Shown here piece after piece: positions 39,638 through 51,635 of a stretch of DNA of 64,000 nt. Each line of letters begins with the position of its first letter. Positions within the stretch are counted from its first letter, which is position 1. The stretch spans positions 251,968,001-252,032,000 of the forward strand of contig OZ024743.1 in assembly GCA_964016885.1 (NCBI GenBank), written 5' to 3'. The DNA comes from Eledone cirrhosa. Its lineage: Eukaryota. Both the position numbers and the translations under genes were made by a program. A model generated the notes under the pieces. It did not search any database, had not been told where the DNA came from, and saw nothing but the letters and a program-made list of their open reading frames with translations.

Positions 39638-39717
39638 TATGCTATGTAACAGCCTTATTATTTAACATGCTGTCTGATGAAGTCATGTTGGTGGGTGCAT
39701 GATGGAAGAATTGCGTA
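39638..39717 (+). ncRNA. Degenerate type III hammerhead ribozyme
   Basis: TATGCTAT-GTA-ACAGC-loop-GCTGT-CTGATGA-A-GTCATG-loop-CATGAT-G-GAAGAATTGCGTA. A truncated second copy lies at ~42503-42546. Confidence 0.6.
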
Positions 39718-39828
39718 ATTATCAACATAACATGTATTAAAGCAGATTATGAATAAAATGAATCATAAATATCTACAGCTGACCTCCACATATTTCATTC
39801 TATAATAACAACAGCAACAACATTAATG

Positions 39829-39884
<56 letters not shown>

Positions 39885-39886
<2 letters not shown>

Positions 39887-41207
39887 TGTTTTCTTTATTA
39901 ACCACAAGGGTTTACATAAAGTAGACATTAAGGACAGTACAGGACAATACAGGACGGTACAAATGGGCATTTCTGCGTGTAAAAAACAAAAACAGAGGAT
40001 GTAACAAAAAAATAACAATGAAAAATTCCCCAATAGAGGGGAGATTTCGGAGGGACATTTGTGGAGAAAGCCCATTAAAAAGCCACAGTGACACTGACCA
40101 CCAGGACAAGTGCCCTCTCCCAGTTTTCCACTTTTAATTTACAGACACATACTCAGAGTAGGCCCATTCACTCGGGCCATTCTTGCTTCTCTCACCCATC
40201 TTTCAACAAAATGCTGGGAAGAGAGCACTTCCCTCTCTACCCTGATTTTCCTTTTCAAATGAAATTTGAAAAAGTCAATCAGGGCATCACCGAAGAGGTA
40301 AGTGCTCGTCTTCGGCCCTTTCAAACGTGTCCACCATACTATCTCTTTCGCCATGGCCACCAGACAGATAAAAACTGCCTGCCCTTCCCGGCTAAAGGAA
40401 GAGGGTGGGGCAATCCTCACGATGGAGTCAGCTGATAGCCGGATCCGTCCTACACGTGACAGCAGGTGTTCGACATAAACCCAGAAGTCAGCAATGCTCG
40501 GACACTGGACGAGTGCGTGCAGGACGGTTTCCTCGCCCTGCACATATCTCGGACATGCCCGGCTGACGGCACCTCCATGCCTGTAGAGTTTATCCCGAAC
40601 TGGCAAGGCTCCTCGGTAGCACTGCCAGGCCAGGGATTTCTGGAAGTTGTCCATAGGCCCCGGCCCGAAAGTTCTTCCGAAGTGATTGGCTAGTTGATGT
40701 TCGTCGACGCCTAGAGTTTCCCCAAGTACGTCGTCGCTCTTCCCCTCCACTAATTCTCTATAGAACGCCGAGGTGGAGTTTTCACTGATCACATTGCCCG
40801 ATTGGTCGAGGGTTGTGAGCGCCTGAAAACATTCCAGTCTCCAAGCGCTCCCTCTCGGTCTTCGCTTGACCCAGGACTGCAGCTCTGTCAAGGAAACGAG
40901 CTGGGGAAAGACGCGTCTAGCAAACGGCGACCACACCTGATAACCGTCGAGGAAGATGTAGAGATGTTGTAGCCTGAGCGCGTGTCTGCGCATCATCAGC
41001 CACGTAGCGGGTGTTGACAACAGATGGACCGCCTGACCATCGGAGCGCGTCCCTTCCACAAAAAGCGAAAGAGCAAATGCTCCAGCGCAGTGAGGCGGGC
41101 CTTAGGACAAGGTACGACGGTCAGGCGGAAGTAGATGACGGACGCGATGTACGCGTTAGCCACCTCCGCCCAACCTTTCAGGGATAGCTTCTTCTCCGCC
41201 CATTTCT
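39885..41207 (-). mobile_element. Second Tx1/L1-clade LINE 3' portion
   Basis: LSLKGWAEVANAYIASVIYFRLTVVPCP...WQCYRGALPVRDKL...ETVLHALVQC. Paralogous to 38110-39200 and ends at a (TAA)n tract. Confidence 0.92.
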
Positions 41208-41402
41208 GATAATAATAATTATTATTTCTACTTTTTGGCACAAGGCCAGCAATGACCCAGTGCATTACTTGTACTTTATTTTATTGACCCCGTAAGGATG
41301 AAAGGCAAAGTTAACCTCAGCGGGATTTGAACTCAGAATGGAAAGGGCCGTAACTCAATGCGTCAAAGCATGGCATTCGACCCACTACCGATACTGCCAA
41401 TA
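41208..41402 (-). mobile_element. tRNA SINE
   Basis: Same family as 4184-4378. Confidence 0.9.
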
Positions 41403-41409
41403 CACAATA

Positions 41410-42640
41410 ATTCTTAACCATGCACAGAATGCTTATATAGATAGAATATTTCTTCCTAAGAAAGAAGGAGTGGATTAATCCAGTTAGATATTGCTTTGAA
41501 AATTGCAACAATTGGATTATCTACATATCTAAGGGAATCACATGATTGGATAATCAAATTCGTTTTGAAACATGAAAGCATCAAAAGATCATACTACATT
41601 ACAAAAGATGCACATAGATACAATAATGAGCTACACATTTCAGAAGTTCCCTTTATTGAGGAAATGAAAAACACTGCAAAGAAAGAACTACTAAAGAAAC
41701 TGTCTAAGAATTGGCAAGAAAATGTATGGAAAATACCCAGAAAGAGCCAACAATCCTGATGTTGACGAAACTTAAACCCATCAGTAGTTGGCATCCTTTG
41801 CACTGAAATCGGAGACTGAAGGACTGATAATATCAGCACAAGATCAGAGTTTCTGCCAACGAAAAATTATCAAGCCAACATCATTAAAAATGGATGCAAC
41901 CCATTATGCTGTATTTGTAAAAAATCAACCAGAGACCATTAATCATATAATCTCAATGTTCAGTCGTATAGCTCCAACCGAATACCTAAACAGGCATGAC
42001 AGAACTGCACAATACATACATTGGATAATGTGTAAGCATTTAGACCTACCCCATCAAAAGAATTGGTGAGAGCATAAACTACCTCCTGTACTTGAAAAAG
42101 GTCACATCTCAATTTTGTGGAACTTTAGCATCCAAAGAGACCGAAAAATAGATGCAAATAGACCTCTTATAATACTGAAGGACTTTAAAAAGAGGGTATG
42201 CCTGCTAATTGACATGGCCGTTCCTATAGACAAGAATGCATCTCTAAAAACATTTGAAAAACTGAGCAAGTATAAAGACCTGCAAATAGAGCTTGGAAAA
42301 ATGTGGAAGTTGAGAACTAAAAAAACATCAGAGGTTGAAGGCGCTCTCGGAATGATACCTAAGGGGTCTAATGATTACTTATCCCAAATCCCATGAAACC
42401 CGCGTATAGAAGAAATACAAAAGATAGTATTAATGGGAACTACCCATATACTAAAGAAGATTCTGTCAATATATATACATGTGTGTATGTGTTTTTTCTT
42501 GAACAGCCTTGACTTAACATGCTGTCTGATGAAGTCATGTTGGTGGTAATAACTCATATCAACATAAAACAAGATATATGAAAAAGTAGTAATAATAATA
42601 ATAAATAAATAAAAATAATAATAACAATAATAATAAACAA
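41410..42640 (+). mobile_element. R4/Dong-like RLE non-LTR element 3' portion with (TAA)n-rich tail
   Basis: LKSETEGLIISAQDQ, CCIC...ETINHIIS (CCHC finger), RHD, NRP-IIL...LLIDMAVP...EKLSKYKDL (RLE). TAA-rich tail at ~42585-42640. Confidence 0.85.
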
Positions 42641-42916
42641 ACAGAAAAAGCCTCTCAAAACAAATATGCATTAAAAAAATACTTTTTATATGAAACAAAA
42701 TATATTTCAGTTATTTCTGTCTTGAAGTTGAAAGAATGTCTTTGTGTGGAAAATATTCCATGAAAATACGTCCATGTTTAGCACTGGTGAAATGGGTACA
42801 GATATATAATTCTCACATCATCTATTTTACTTGTCACCTTATTATTATTTCACAATCACACACACACACTTATACATATATATGTATACACACAGACACA
42901 CACACACACACACGCG

Positions 42917-42997
<81 letters not shown>

Positions 42998-43149
42998 GTG
43001 GAATTGGAAATAGCACAGAAAATATATTTAAGGATCTGTTTTTCTTTTTTTTCTTCTTTGATTCATCAAAGTGACATTATTGAAAAAATGAGAGGAACAG
43101 TTCTTTTAAAAAAACAGGAGTTATATAATGTATATAAAATATATAAAAT

Positions 43150-44640
43150 ATTCAATGTTATCTTGAAGTGTGAATAATTCTTTCCATTCGTGTTTAGAGA
43201 GGTTCGATTTCGTGTGTTTATTTGCAATTTGTTCATCGGGAAAGTTGGTGATGTGTTCGCAGTAGGTGTCCAGTGCTGTGTTCCTACCTTTTGTTTCTCA
43301 CAATTGATTCGTCTTCAGTGTTGGTGTCATTGGAGAAGTATTCTATTAGTCTTAGTTTTCAGCAGAATTCCATGATGCCATTTTTCATTTTGGGAAAGTT
43401 AGATTTTTGTGGTGTAAGTGTAAATTTCAGACCCTTACCTAATACGTTAATTTGTGTGTTAGATGGTGATATCTTTGAAAGGTTATCTTGGGTTTCTCCT
43501 GATATTTCAGTCTTTTTCCTAAAAAAGGAATGTTATTTTGATTGTAATTGTAGTCTGCTTGTCTGTTTTGTATGGGTCTCTAGTTTGTTTTGTTGATGTT
43601 GTGGGGTTGTTTTTTGTAGTGTTGGGGGTGATACCTGTTGTAATTGTTAATGTGGGAAGATTTTGTTGGGATTTCATGTGGTCTGAGCAGATTTCTTCTG
43701 AAGTCTATGGTGTTTATGTTGGTGGTTTGTTCTATGTTGTTTTGGGGTTTGATTCTGTAGGACATATTTTTGTGAATACCTATGTTGTGGTGGTTGGATA
43801 TGTTTCTTCTGCTGTAGTTAGTTGTATTTGGTTTGTGTTGAGTGAGGTTTGAGTTGTGTTGAGTGAGGTATGAATGTTTCTGTTGTGGTTCTTGTTTTGT
43901 TTAATTTCTTTATAAAGGGGTTATCTGTTTTGTATTCTTTTGAAATCCTCTTCATATTTAAAGAACCTTTTTTTCAGATTTTCCCCATCGTTTTAATGAA
44001 ATCAGTTCTGCATTCTCACAGTCCGGTTTCCAGGATTTAATTGAATTTTGTAGAATTGGTCCCTCGGCATTTTTAGCGCATTTGTTTTCCATTTGTTGGT
44101 CAATATCCTGGTATTTTTGTTCATTGGAGGTGGCTCTTAATTTTAAGAGTTCTATTTCCATTTTCATTTTGTTGAGTAACATTTGTTCTCATAGTTTCCT
44201 TTGTTGTCTAGGTTCATTAGTTATTTGGAATTTACAGGGTAAGATTACTGGTGTGGAGTTGATCCATTGTTCATGGATTCCAGCTTTGCTAATAATTTCC
44301 ACCATATTCCCCAAAAAGAATTTTCTCGTTTTCAGTTGTTTTTTTCCAAAAGTGTCCAATTTTGTTTTCAATGTGGTGTGAGTTTCTTGTTCTGTTTTAA
44401 CATTTATAAGTTTTTCCATGGAATTGGTTATTGTTTGTTCTAATATTGTCTTTGTTGTTATCGTCCAGTGTGGAGTTTTGTGGTTTACCAGGTTTTTCTG
44501 TAAGAATTGTGAGTTTTCCATTTATCTTTTCTAGTACATTTAGGATTTCCTCATTTATATTTGTAGTTGTGTTATCGGGTTCCAGAGTGATTTTCCGGAT
44601 TTGTATAGTTTGAGATATTTGAAAAGGGAGTAAGGTTCTA
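43150..44640 (-). mobile_element. PLE 5' region / ORF N-terminus remnant
   Basis: NLSKISPSNTQINVLGKGLKFTLTPQKSN...FC*KLRLIEYF is homologous to NLSNTNFSAQQIKILSKGLKFTSTPQ...FCRKLRLTEEYF at 55320-55470. Confidence 0.7.
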
Positions 44641-44668
44641 TACAAAACATCTATCTATCTATCTCTTT

Positions 44669-44699
<31 letters not shown>

Positions 44700-44952
44700 G
44701 ATCTATCTCTCTCTCTCTATATATATATATACATATATGTACACATATAGGTATACACATGTATACATATCTATATATTATTTACATAGATATATATAAT
44801 ATATGCCTTATGTGCATTATATGTACATTTGAGAGCTCTTTCAACAAATATGTTATCTATTACACATGCACACACAGATATAAATATATACATACACACA
44901 GACACACACATACACACATACGCACACAAACACACACACACACACACAATAT

Positions 44953-47095
44953 ATCATCATCATCATCATCATCATTTTACGTCCGCTTTTTCCTGCTTGC
45001 AAGGGTTGGACGGGTCCTATGCAGCACAGCATCTCTCCACTTGTCACAGTCCTTCGTCATCTCCTCCGTGAGTTTCAGCGATCTGAGGTCCGCTCTCACC
45101 AACTCCGGCCATGTTTTATGCGGTCTACCTCTACTGTGTTTTCCTTCTCCTGGGATTTCTTGGCACTTCTTTATCCGGCGGTCTTCCTCCATGCACATCA
45201 CATACCCATACCATCTCAGTCCTCTCTCCTGCACATCACAACTTATCCCACTTATACCCAGTTCCTTTCTCAACTCATCTATGCTTGGTTGTTCACGCAC
45301 ATTGACATTGCACATCCAACGGAGCATGCTTGCTTCATTTCTCTCCAGCCATCGCATATCCTCTGCAGTTGCTGCACATGTCACACTACCATGCAGCACG
45401 GCACATCTTACACAATATATAACCGTCATATAACCGTCCTTTCATACGTAGGGAGAAACCCTTCTTTGTCAACAGAGGAAGCAGCTCCTTAAACTTCTGC
45501 CAACCCGTCTTTATTCTAGATACTATGGCCTCGGAACACCCCCCTCCCATGCTAATCCGATCATCTAGGTACCGGAAGCTATCAACCACTTCTATAAAAC
45601 CCACCTGCATTGGAAAAATGTCTCTATCACTGTGACTTCTACTGTCGAATTTCCCTCTACATCTACTGCATACATACTTTTCCCTAGATTTTCCCTGTTA
45701 GATTGCCTGCTATCCCACTACCATTCTTGTGTACCCAAGATCTGCATTGCATACATTTTATGGAATTTATGCCAGTTCATTTCCTACATATCGAACATAG
45801 CCATTTCCCTGATGGAATCAGAGTGTGGTCCTCTCTTCTACTTATCAACACTTTTATGTTAGCTATGTTCACTCTCAGTGCTCTGATTCCAACTGCTGTT
45901 TCCAGAGCCAGAATTTATTCTCTATCTCCTCTACTGATTCTACTATAAGAACCATATCATAAGCATAGAGAATTTCCCATGGGCATCCAGTCTTAAACTC
46001 GTCTGTTATGGCTTGGAGGTCTATAATGAACAAGAGCAGACTGAGGACCGAACCCTGATGTATACCTACTTGTATCTGGAATTCCTCACTAAACTCCATT
46101 CCTACTCTCAGTTTACTGACAGCACTCCTGTATATAGCTTGCACTGTCCTCGCAAGCCATTCCTCTACACCTAGTTTCCTTAGGGACCACCAGATGACAG
46201 ATCGGGGTACCCTATCAAAGGCCTTCTCTTGGTCAACAAAAGCTAAGTATAGTGGCTTATTCTTCTCTAAGAACCTCTCTTGTAGTTGTTTCACTAAGGA
46301 GAGGGCATCTGTTGTACTATTCCGAGGCACAAAACCAAACTGCATCTCATCTAATTTGATCCTTTCTCTAATCAGTTAGTTGTGCTAATATTCTCTCTGC
46401 CACTTTCATAACCTGATCCATCAGCTTTATGCCTCCATAATTGCTCCTCTCCAGAGCATGCCCTTTACCTTTATAGCAATTTATGAGAATACTGCTGCAC
46501 CAGTCTTTGGGTATGACAAAACCATATATAGCTTGATTGATGATGTGTGCAACCAGTTTAGTGCCTACTTCTCCTGATGCCTTCAGCATCTCAGCAACTA
46601 TCCCTGATGGTTAAGCAGCCTTACCATTGTTCATTTCCTTAATTGCCTCTTGTACCCTATATTCGTCAATCTCAATAGCTGGTCCCTCTGTCGGGTCTAC
46701 TGGGGGTAATTTCTCTCTCTCCCATTCGTTCTCCACATTCATCAGTCTCTGATAATGACATTTCCAGGCCTCCTTTTTTTGATCATTTGTGACACTAAGT
46801 ACACCGGCATCATTCCAGACACACTTATCTCCAACAACATCCTGATTTGCCTTGACACACTGCCTTGCAGTGTGGAACACCTCACGTCTCTGATCTTCCA
46901 GTTGCAGAACATTGGCAAACTTCCTAATCTCAGCCTCCCTGCGTGCTAAGTACACCTGATGTATAGCTTCTCTCTTAGCGGCTGTGTATCCTTCTCTACT
47001 CCCACCATTTTTCCAAGCCTTCCATGCCAGTCTTTTGTCTCTAATGACCCTATCTACCGTGCTGTTCCACCACCAGGTCACTCTCTGTCTGGTTA
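44953..47095 (-). mobile_element. RTE family B LINE, 5'-truncated, older copy
   Basis: Colinear with 58750-60875. Contains DQEKAFDRVP, QGSVLS and YAYD, several frameshifts and a (GAT)n tail. Confidence 0.95.
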
Positions 47096-47757
47096 AATGT
47101 TTATACATATATATGTTTATGGTGTGTGTGCCAAGGGCAAAGGGTCCGTGCATGCAACGCATACAGTGCATGCTTTATAGAATCTTGAGTTGATCAATTG
47201 CATCGGTTGAAGCAAGCAGAATTTTGGCTGCTTACTAAAACGTATAGACACAAACAAATAACACACACACATAGAGACAAACACATACACACAAACACAC
47301 AACAGCTTTGGGGCAAGCAGAATTTTGACTCCTTACTAAATCGTAGACACATAAAAAGATAACACACACACAGACTAGATAACACTACATGCAGCTTTGA
47401 CCGGGAGGGTCATTTAGAGGGAATTGGTGGGAGGTGGGGTAAGGCTGCACAGCCCCACTTTCTGCCATGGCGATTGGACTGCATGCCCTGCTTTCCAGGT
47501 TACCCTTCGCCACTGGTGTGTGCATGTGCATATGTGTGTGTATACACTACAGTTTATAGGATAAAAACTGCTATTGATTTCATAATAGTGGCCAGTGTTA
47601 TAATGAGTGCAATGAATGAACTGTATATAATGTGAGAGAGAGAGAGAGTTACATATGTTTTATATAAAATAGTGAATATTCTCTACATTGGGTTTCTTCT
47701 ATGCGTGGGTAGGTAAACTGTCATGGTGGAGCTACCCTTCTTTCTTTCACTCTCTCC

Positions 47758-47834
<77 letters not shown>

Positions 47835-48009
47835 CATCCTAACACCAATCACATATACAATGTGTACTGGGTTCTTTTTATTGTGACACCTATACGAACA
47901 CTTTACAGTGTGGGCTGGGTGCTTTTTGTCATGTCACCTACATGACCTTTTATATATATATATATATATATATATAAATGATCATGTAGGTGACATGACA
48001 AAAAGCACC

Positions 48010-51000
48010 TAAGAACACCCGTAACCTTCCTGAACCTAAAGAGAGGTATGGCTTCAAAACATACCGAAACACACCGCACAACACCTTACTACACTCCTTT
48101 GAGGAGGACTTGCTGAAAATGATTAAAAACGTTAAGTTCAGAAAGAAACACCGATGCAGCAATCCATTCTTAACGTCCCTTGATACACTAGTAACTAAGA
48201 TCAAGAATGACCCGCACCTCTTCGTCACCTCCGACAAAACCAAAACGCTCTACAAGATGAACGTGAGTGAGTATAAAAAATTCATTTATAAGGAACTACA
48301 CAAAGACTACAAGAAGACACCCTCTAGTACCCTAAATGACATAAATAGAGTAGGGAAGGATATAGTTACCAGCTTAGAAATAGAAAAGTACACTAACCCG
48401 TACGTCCCTCTGACGCCTAGATTCTCTCTTAAGGATCACAAATGTAACTTTAATGAAAGCCCCTCTATTAGACTAATATGCCCCTCTACTTCAGATATAG
48501 GTAAGATTAGTAAAGTGATCCACGACAGAGTACTACTGGAGCTTAATAGAAAGGCTAAGGTCTGCCCTGGGGCAACACCGACCAGGACATAAATTGGTTC
48601 ACCGAGTTGCCGGATAAAGCGACCCTGAAGTTCATCCAGTTTGACATAGATAGTTACTACGTCTCTATCTCCCCCATACTCTTAAATAAGGCATTCATAT
48701 TAGCTAAATCTAACAGTAGCCTCACTAAAAAAGAAATAGACATAGTTCTAGCGGCGCGTAGAACCATTATCCAGTTCGAAGGCTCCCACTGGACCATAAC
48801 CAACCGTCCTGATAACTTCGATGTCACGATGGGGTCCAGTGACTCAGTGCAAGCAACTGACCTGGTCGGGATATACATCCTCCATAAGCTTAGGGACGAG
48901 ATACCGGTCCTACAAGGAGGTGTATATAGGGACGACGCCCTGTTTACCGTTAGGAACCATAGCCCTCGTAGGATAGAGAACCTTAACAAACATATACACA
49001 GGTTCTTCAAGTCATACGGCCTATCCGTAACTATGGACCTCAACCACCAGGTTTTCATCTTTCTGGACGTGACCCTGGAGTTGAGTACGGGCCTATACAA
49101 GCCATACCATAAGCCCGGAGAGTGCCTCTCTTATATTAATTAAGCCTCCAACCACCCTAAGCAGACTCTCAACTCCATAGTCTATAGCATCTCACATAGA
49201 ATCTCGAGGCTTTCCGCCTATGAGGATATCTTCAACCAAGCGGCATATTACTACAATAGGGCCTTGATAAGCGCCGGCTTTAATCGAGGAAATTCCTACA
49301 TCCTTTACGCTAGCTCTAGAAACCACCCCCCTCATAAAACGAACGTTATAGTAAGCCATACATATAACCGATCACGCGGCGACTTCGTAGGAGTCGGAGA
49401 TAATAGTATAGATAATCGCACTAAGGAACAGGGCCGCAACGTTAATTACACTGGCGATGGTATTGGTAACTTATCACACAATAAAGATCACGACCCCGGT
49501 GACAGTGACCACTGTAGCTTACTCGAATTATTCCCCTACTATAAAATCAACAAAGGCGACGGCCTACTACCAACGCCTTCCAACCAACATCTTCCTGTAC
49601 ATAAATATGGAAGAAGGAAGAAGAGTGCACCCGAGCATAAAGTGAAAGGGGCACGTAACGGGCTACAGCGCATTAACATACATAAGATCGGTCACCTTGA
49701 TGGAACCACCCGTAGCAAACGTACAAGGACACGTAATCGCCACCGTACGTCCTATGGTTCCACCCCCCTTACTCTCGGAGTGTGGCCTCCAACATACCCC
49801 GGATATTCTACGAAGCGTTAGAGAAGAACTTCCTGACCAATCATAGGTATAGAAAAATTCTTAATAGGAACAATATAAAAATATCCTTCTCTACTACTCC
49901 TAACCTAGCAGACATCATAGGAACAACGAACCACAGTAAGATCACCAAGACACAGAAACTTAGCACAGACGCACCTACACCTGACAATAACTATATCGGC
50001 CTTAACAACTCCCTAGCAGCATCCAATAGTGCTGGCAACGGTCTCTACAGACGCAACCAACATAACCGCGACATGACTGGGGAACATGCAGGACATGACG
50101 TGCGGAATAATAATCGTACCACCCCGCTCACTGTGGGTTGTAATGGTGCTAAGGACAGCTTCGGGAGCGTAGATAACAACGTAGATAGCAACAATGATAG
50201 CCTTACCGTGGGAAGTGGAAGGAACTACGACAGAAATTGTAACTGCCGCAACAGGGGACGCTGCCCCCTTCGAGGATACTGCTTGACTGATAGGGTTATA
50301 TATAGGTGCACTGTAACTAGCCACAATAGCGTTAAACATTATATAGGGGCTACCTCCGGCCCGTTCAAAATTAGATTTCGAACACATCTCCACTCTTTCA
50401 CAAATAAGAAATTAAGACACTCCACTTCGCTCGCGGACTACATCACATCATTAAAAGACTTAAACATCAGCTTCTCCACGCACTGGGATATTGTCGGCAG
50501 GGCTGCACCGTACAACTTCAAGAGGAAGGGCGATCTTTGGAGCTCTACCACATCATAACTGCACCCCAGGTGCTCATCAACAGCAGAGCTGAAACGACGA
50601 TAAGTTGTACACATCGCTTAAAAATATCCTTCTTCAGATGGGTTAAGGATGAGGAGTGAAACCGTGTACCGGGTCTCCCTGCAACAAGCTTTAACACCTC
50701 GGCGGGCAGGCGCTGCAGAGAAACACCCAGGAAACTAACCATGCATCCCAGACCCAGCCTCAAACGACCCAGGCAAGCAGGTGCGGCTAAAAAAACGTAT
50801 CAAAATAAGCGTTGATTACTTGACCCTGTGCGTATCGACAATGTTAAGGTTGTAACCACATCTTGTTACGGATAAAAAATGTGTCCGAGAAAGACTGCCT
50901 TAACACCGGCCAGAGTTACCTCCCTTGACCTACTGCAAAATCAAAACACTTTTTTTGCGAAGAATGAATCATGACGTGAACTTAATCCCCAAAACACTTT

Positions 51001-51290
51001 CCGAGCAATGTAAGGAACACTTTTGGTTATTTATGCCCTTGACAAGCCCAACTGGGCGAAACGTACGTAGGTGCTGTTTTAAATAAACATGTTTTAACGG
51101 TCTGTTCTCCGATTTATTACTTTCCCACGTGCTTACGCTCTGCTAACTCTCTCGCCCACTAAATATTAACACTTCTAATATTTAATACTACCGGTACTAG
51201 TATTGAGCATCTTTTGCATACGCTATTTGGCAAATAACTACATGTATCACCTATCCTTCCTTTTTTCTGTCTCTCGATACGTAAATACTT
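48010..51290 (+). mobile_element. Near-complete Penelope-like element (RT + GIY-YIG; possibly Naiad-like) with 3' terminal repeat
   Basis: SDKT, KDHK..F..P.IRLICP, FDIDSYY, GSSDS, GVYRDDAL, FLDVTL, HP..L and CNCRNRGRCPLRGYC...VIY...YIGATSGPFKIRF. Few disruptions. HHR at 51035-51074. The clade assignment is an inference. Confidence 0.9.
51035..51074 (+). ncRNA. Hammerhead ribozyme, U3-A8 core variant
   Basis: GCCC-TTGACAA-GCCC-AACT-GGGC-GAAAC-GTAC-GTA-GGTGC: perfect stem II, palindromic stem III (ACGTACGT) and GUA site. Confidence 0.8.
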
Positions 51291-51292
51291 TG

Positions 51293-51339
<47 letters not shown>

Positions 51340-51599
51340 CAGTTCTGTTTGAGTGAAACGCAGTCCCCCGACCTGATCCCTCACATGGGATAACCTGTCC
51401 AACTCATGCTAGCGTGGAAGATGGTCGTAAAATCATGATGATGAATATATATATATAAATATATATTAGAAAGTGAGGTTTTTTTTACAAAATGAAAAAT
51501 AACCGAGGTGTCCTACACGAGTGAAAGTATAAGGAAAAAAGATGAAATCGAAAATGCAACTGGAGTCTTTTTTAAAAATAATATATATTTATTTGGTTC

Positions 51600-51635
51600 C
51601 TTTACCGGTTTCGCAGTTCTTCTGCTTTTCAAAAG
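51600..51635 (-). ncRNA. Hammerhead ribozyme, U3-A8 core variant
   Basis: Reverse complement: CTT-TTGAAAA-GCAG-AAGAA-CTGC-GAAAC-CG-GTA-AAG, with palindromic ACCGGT. Confidence 0.8.

Noticed and set aside
47100-47520. Short element with ~100-bp duplication and a CAGTGGCG-like end
   Set aside because: Only one candidate terminus is visible, so the element class cannot be assigned.
50238-50285. Selenocysteine-encoding PLE (in-frame TGA at conserved Cys, reported for some Naiad elements)
   Set aside because: The conserved positions are TGT/TGC here and in the copy at ~1080-1125. No SECIS was identified.
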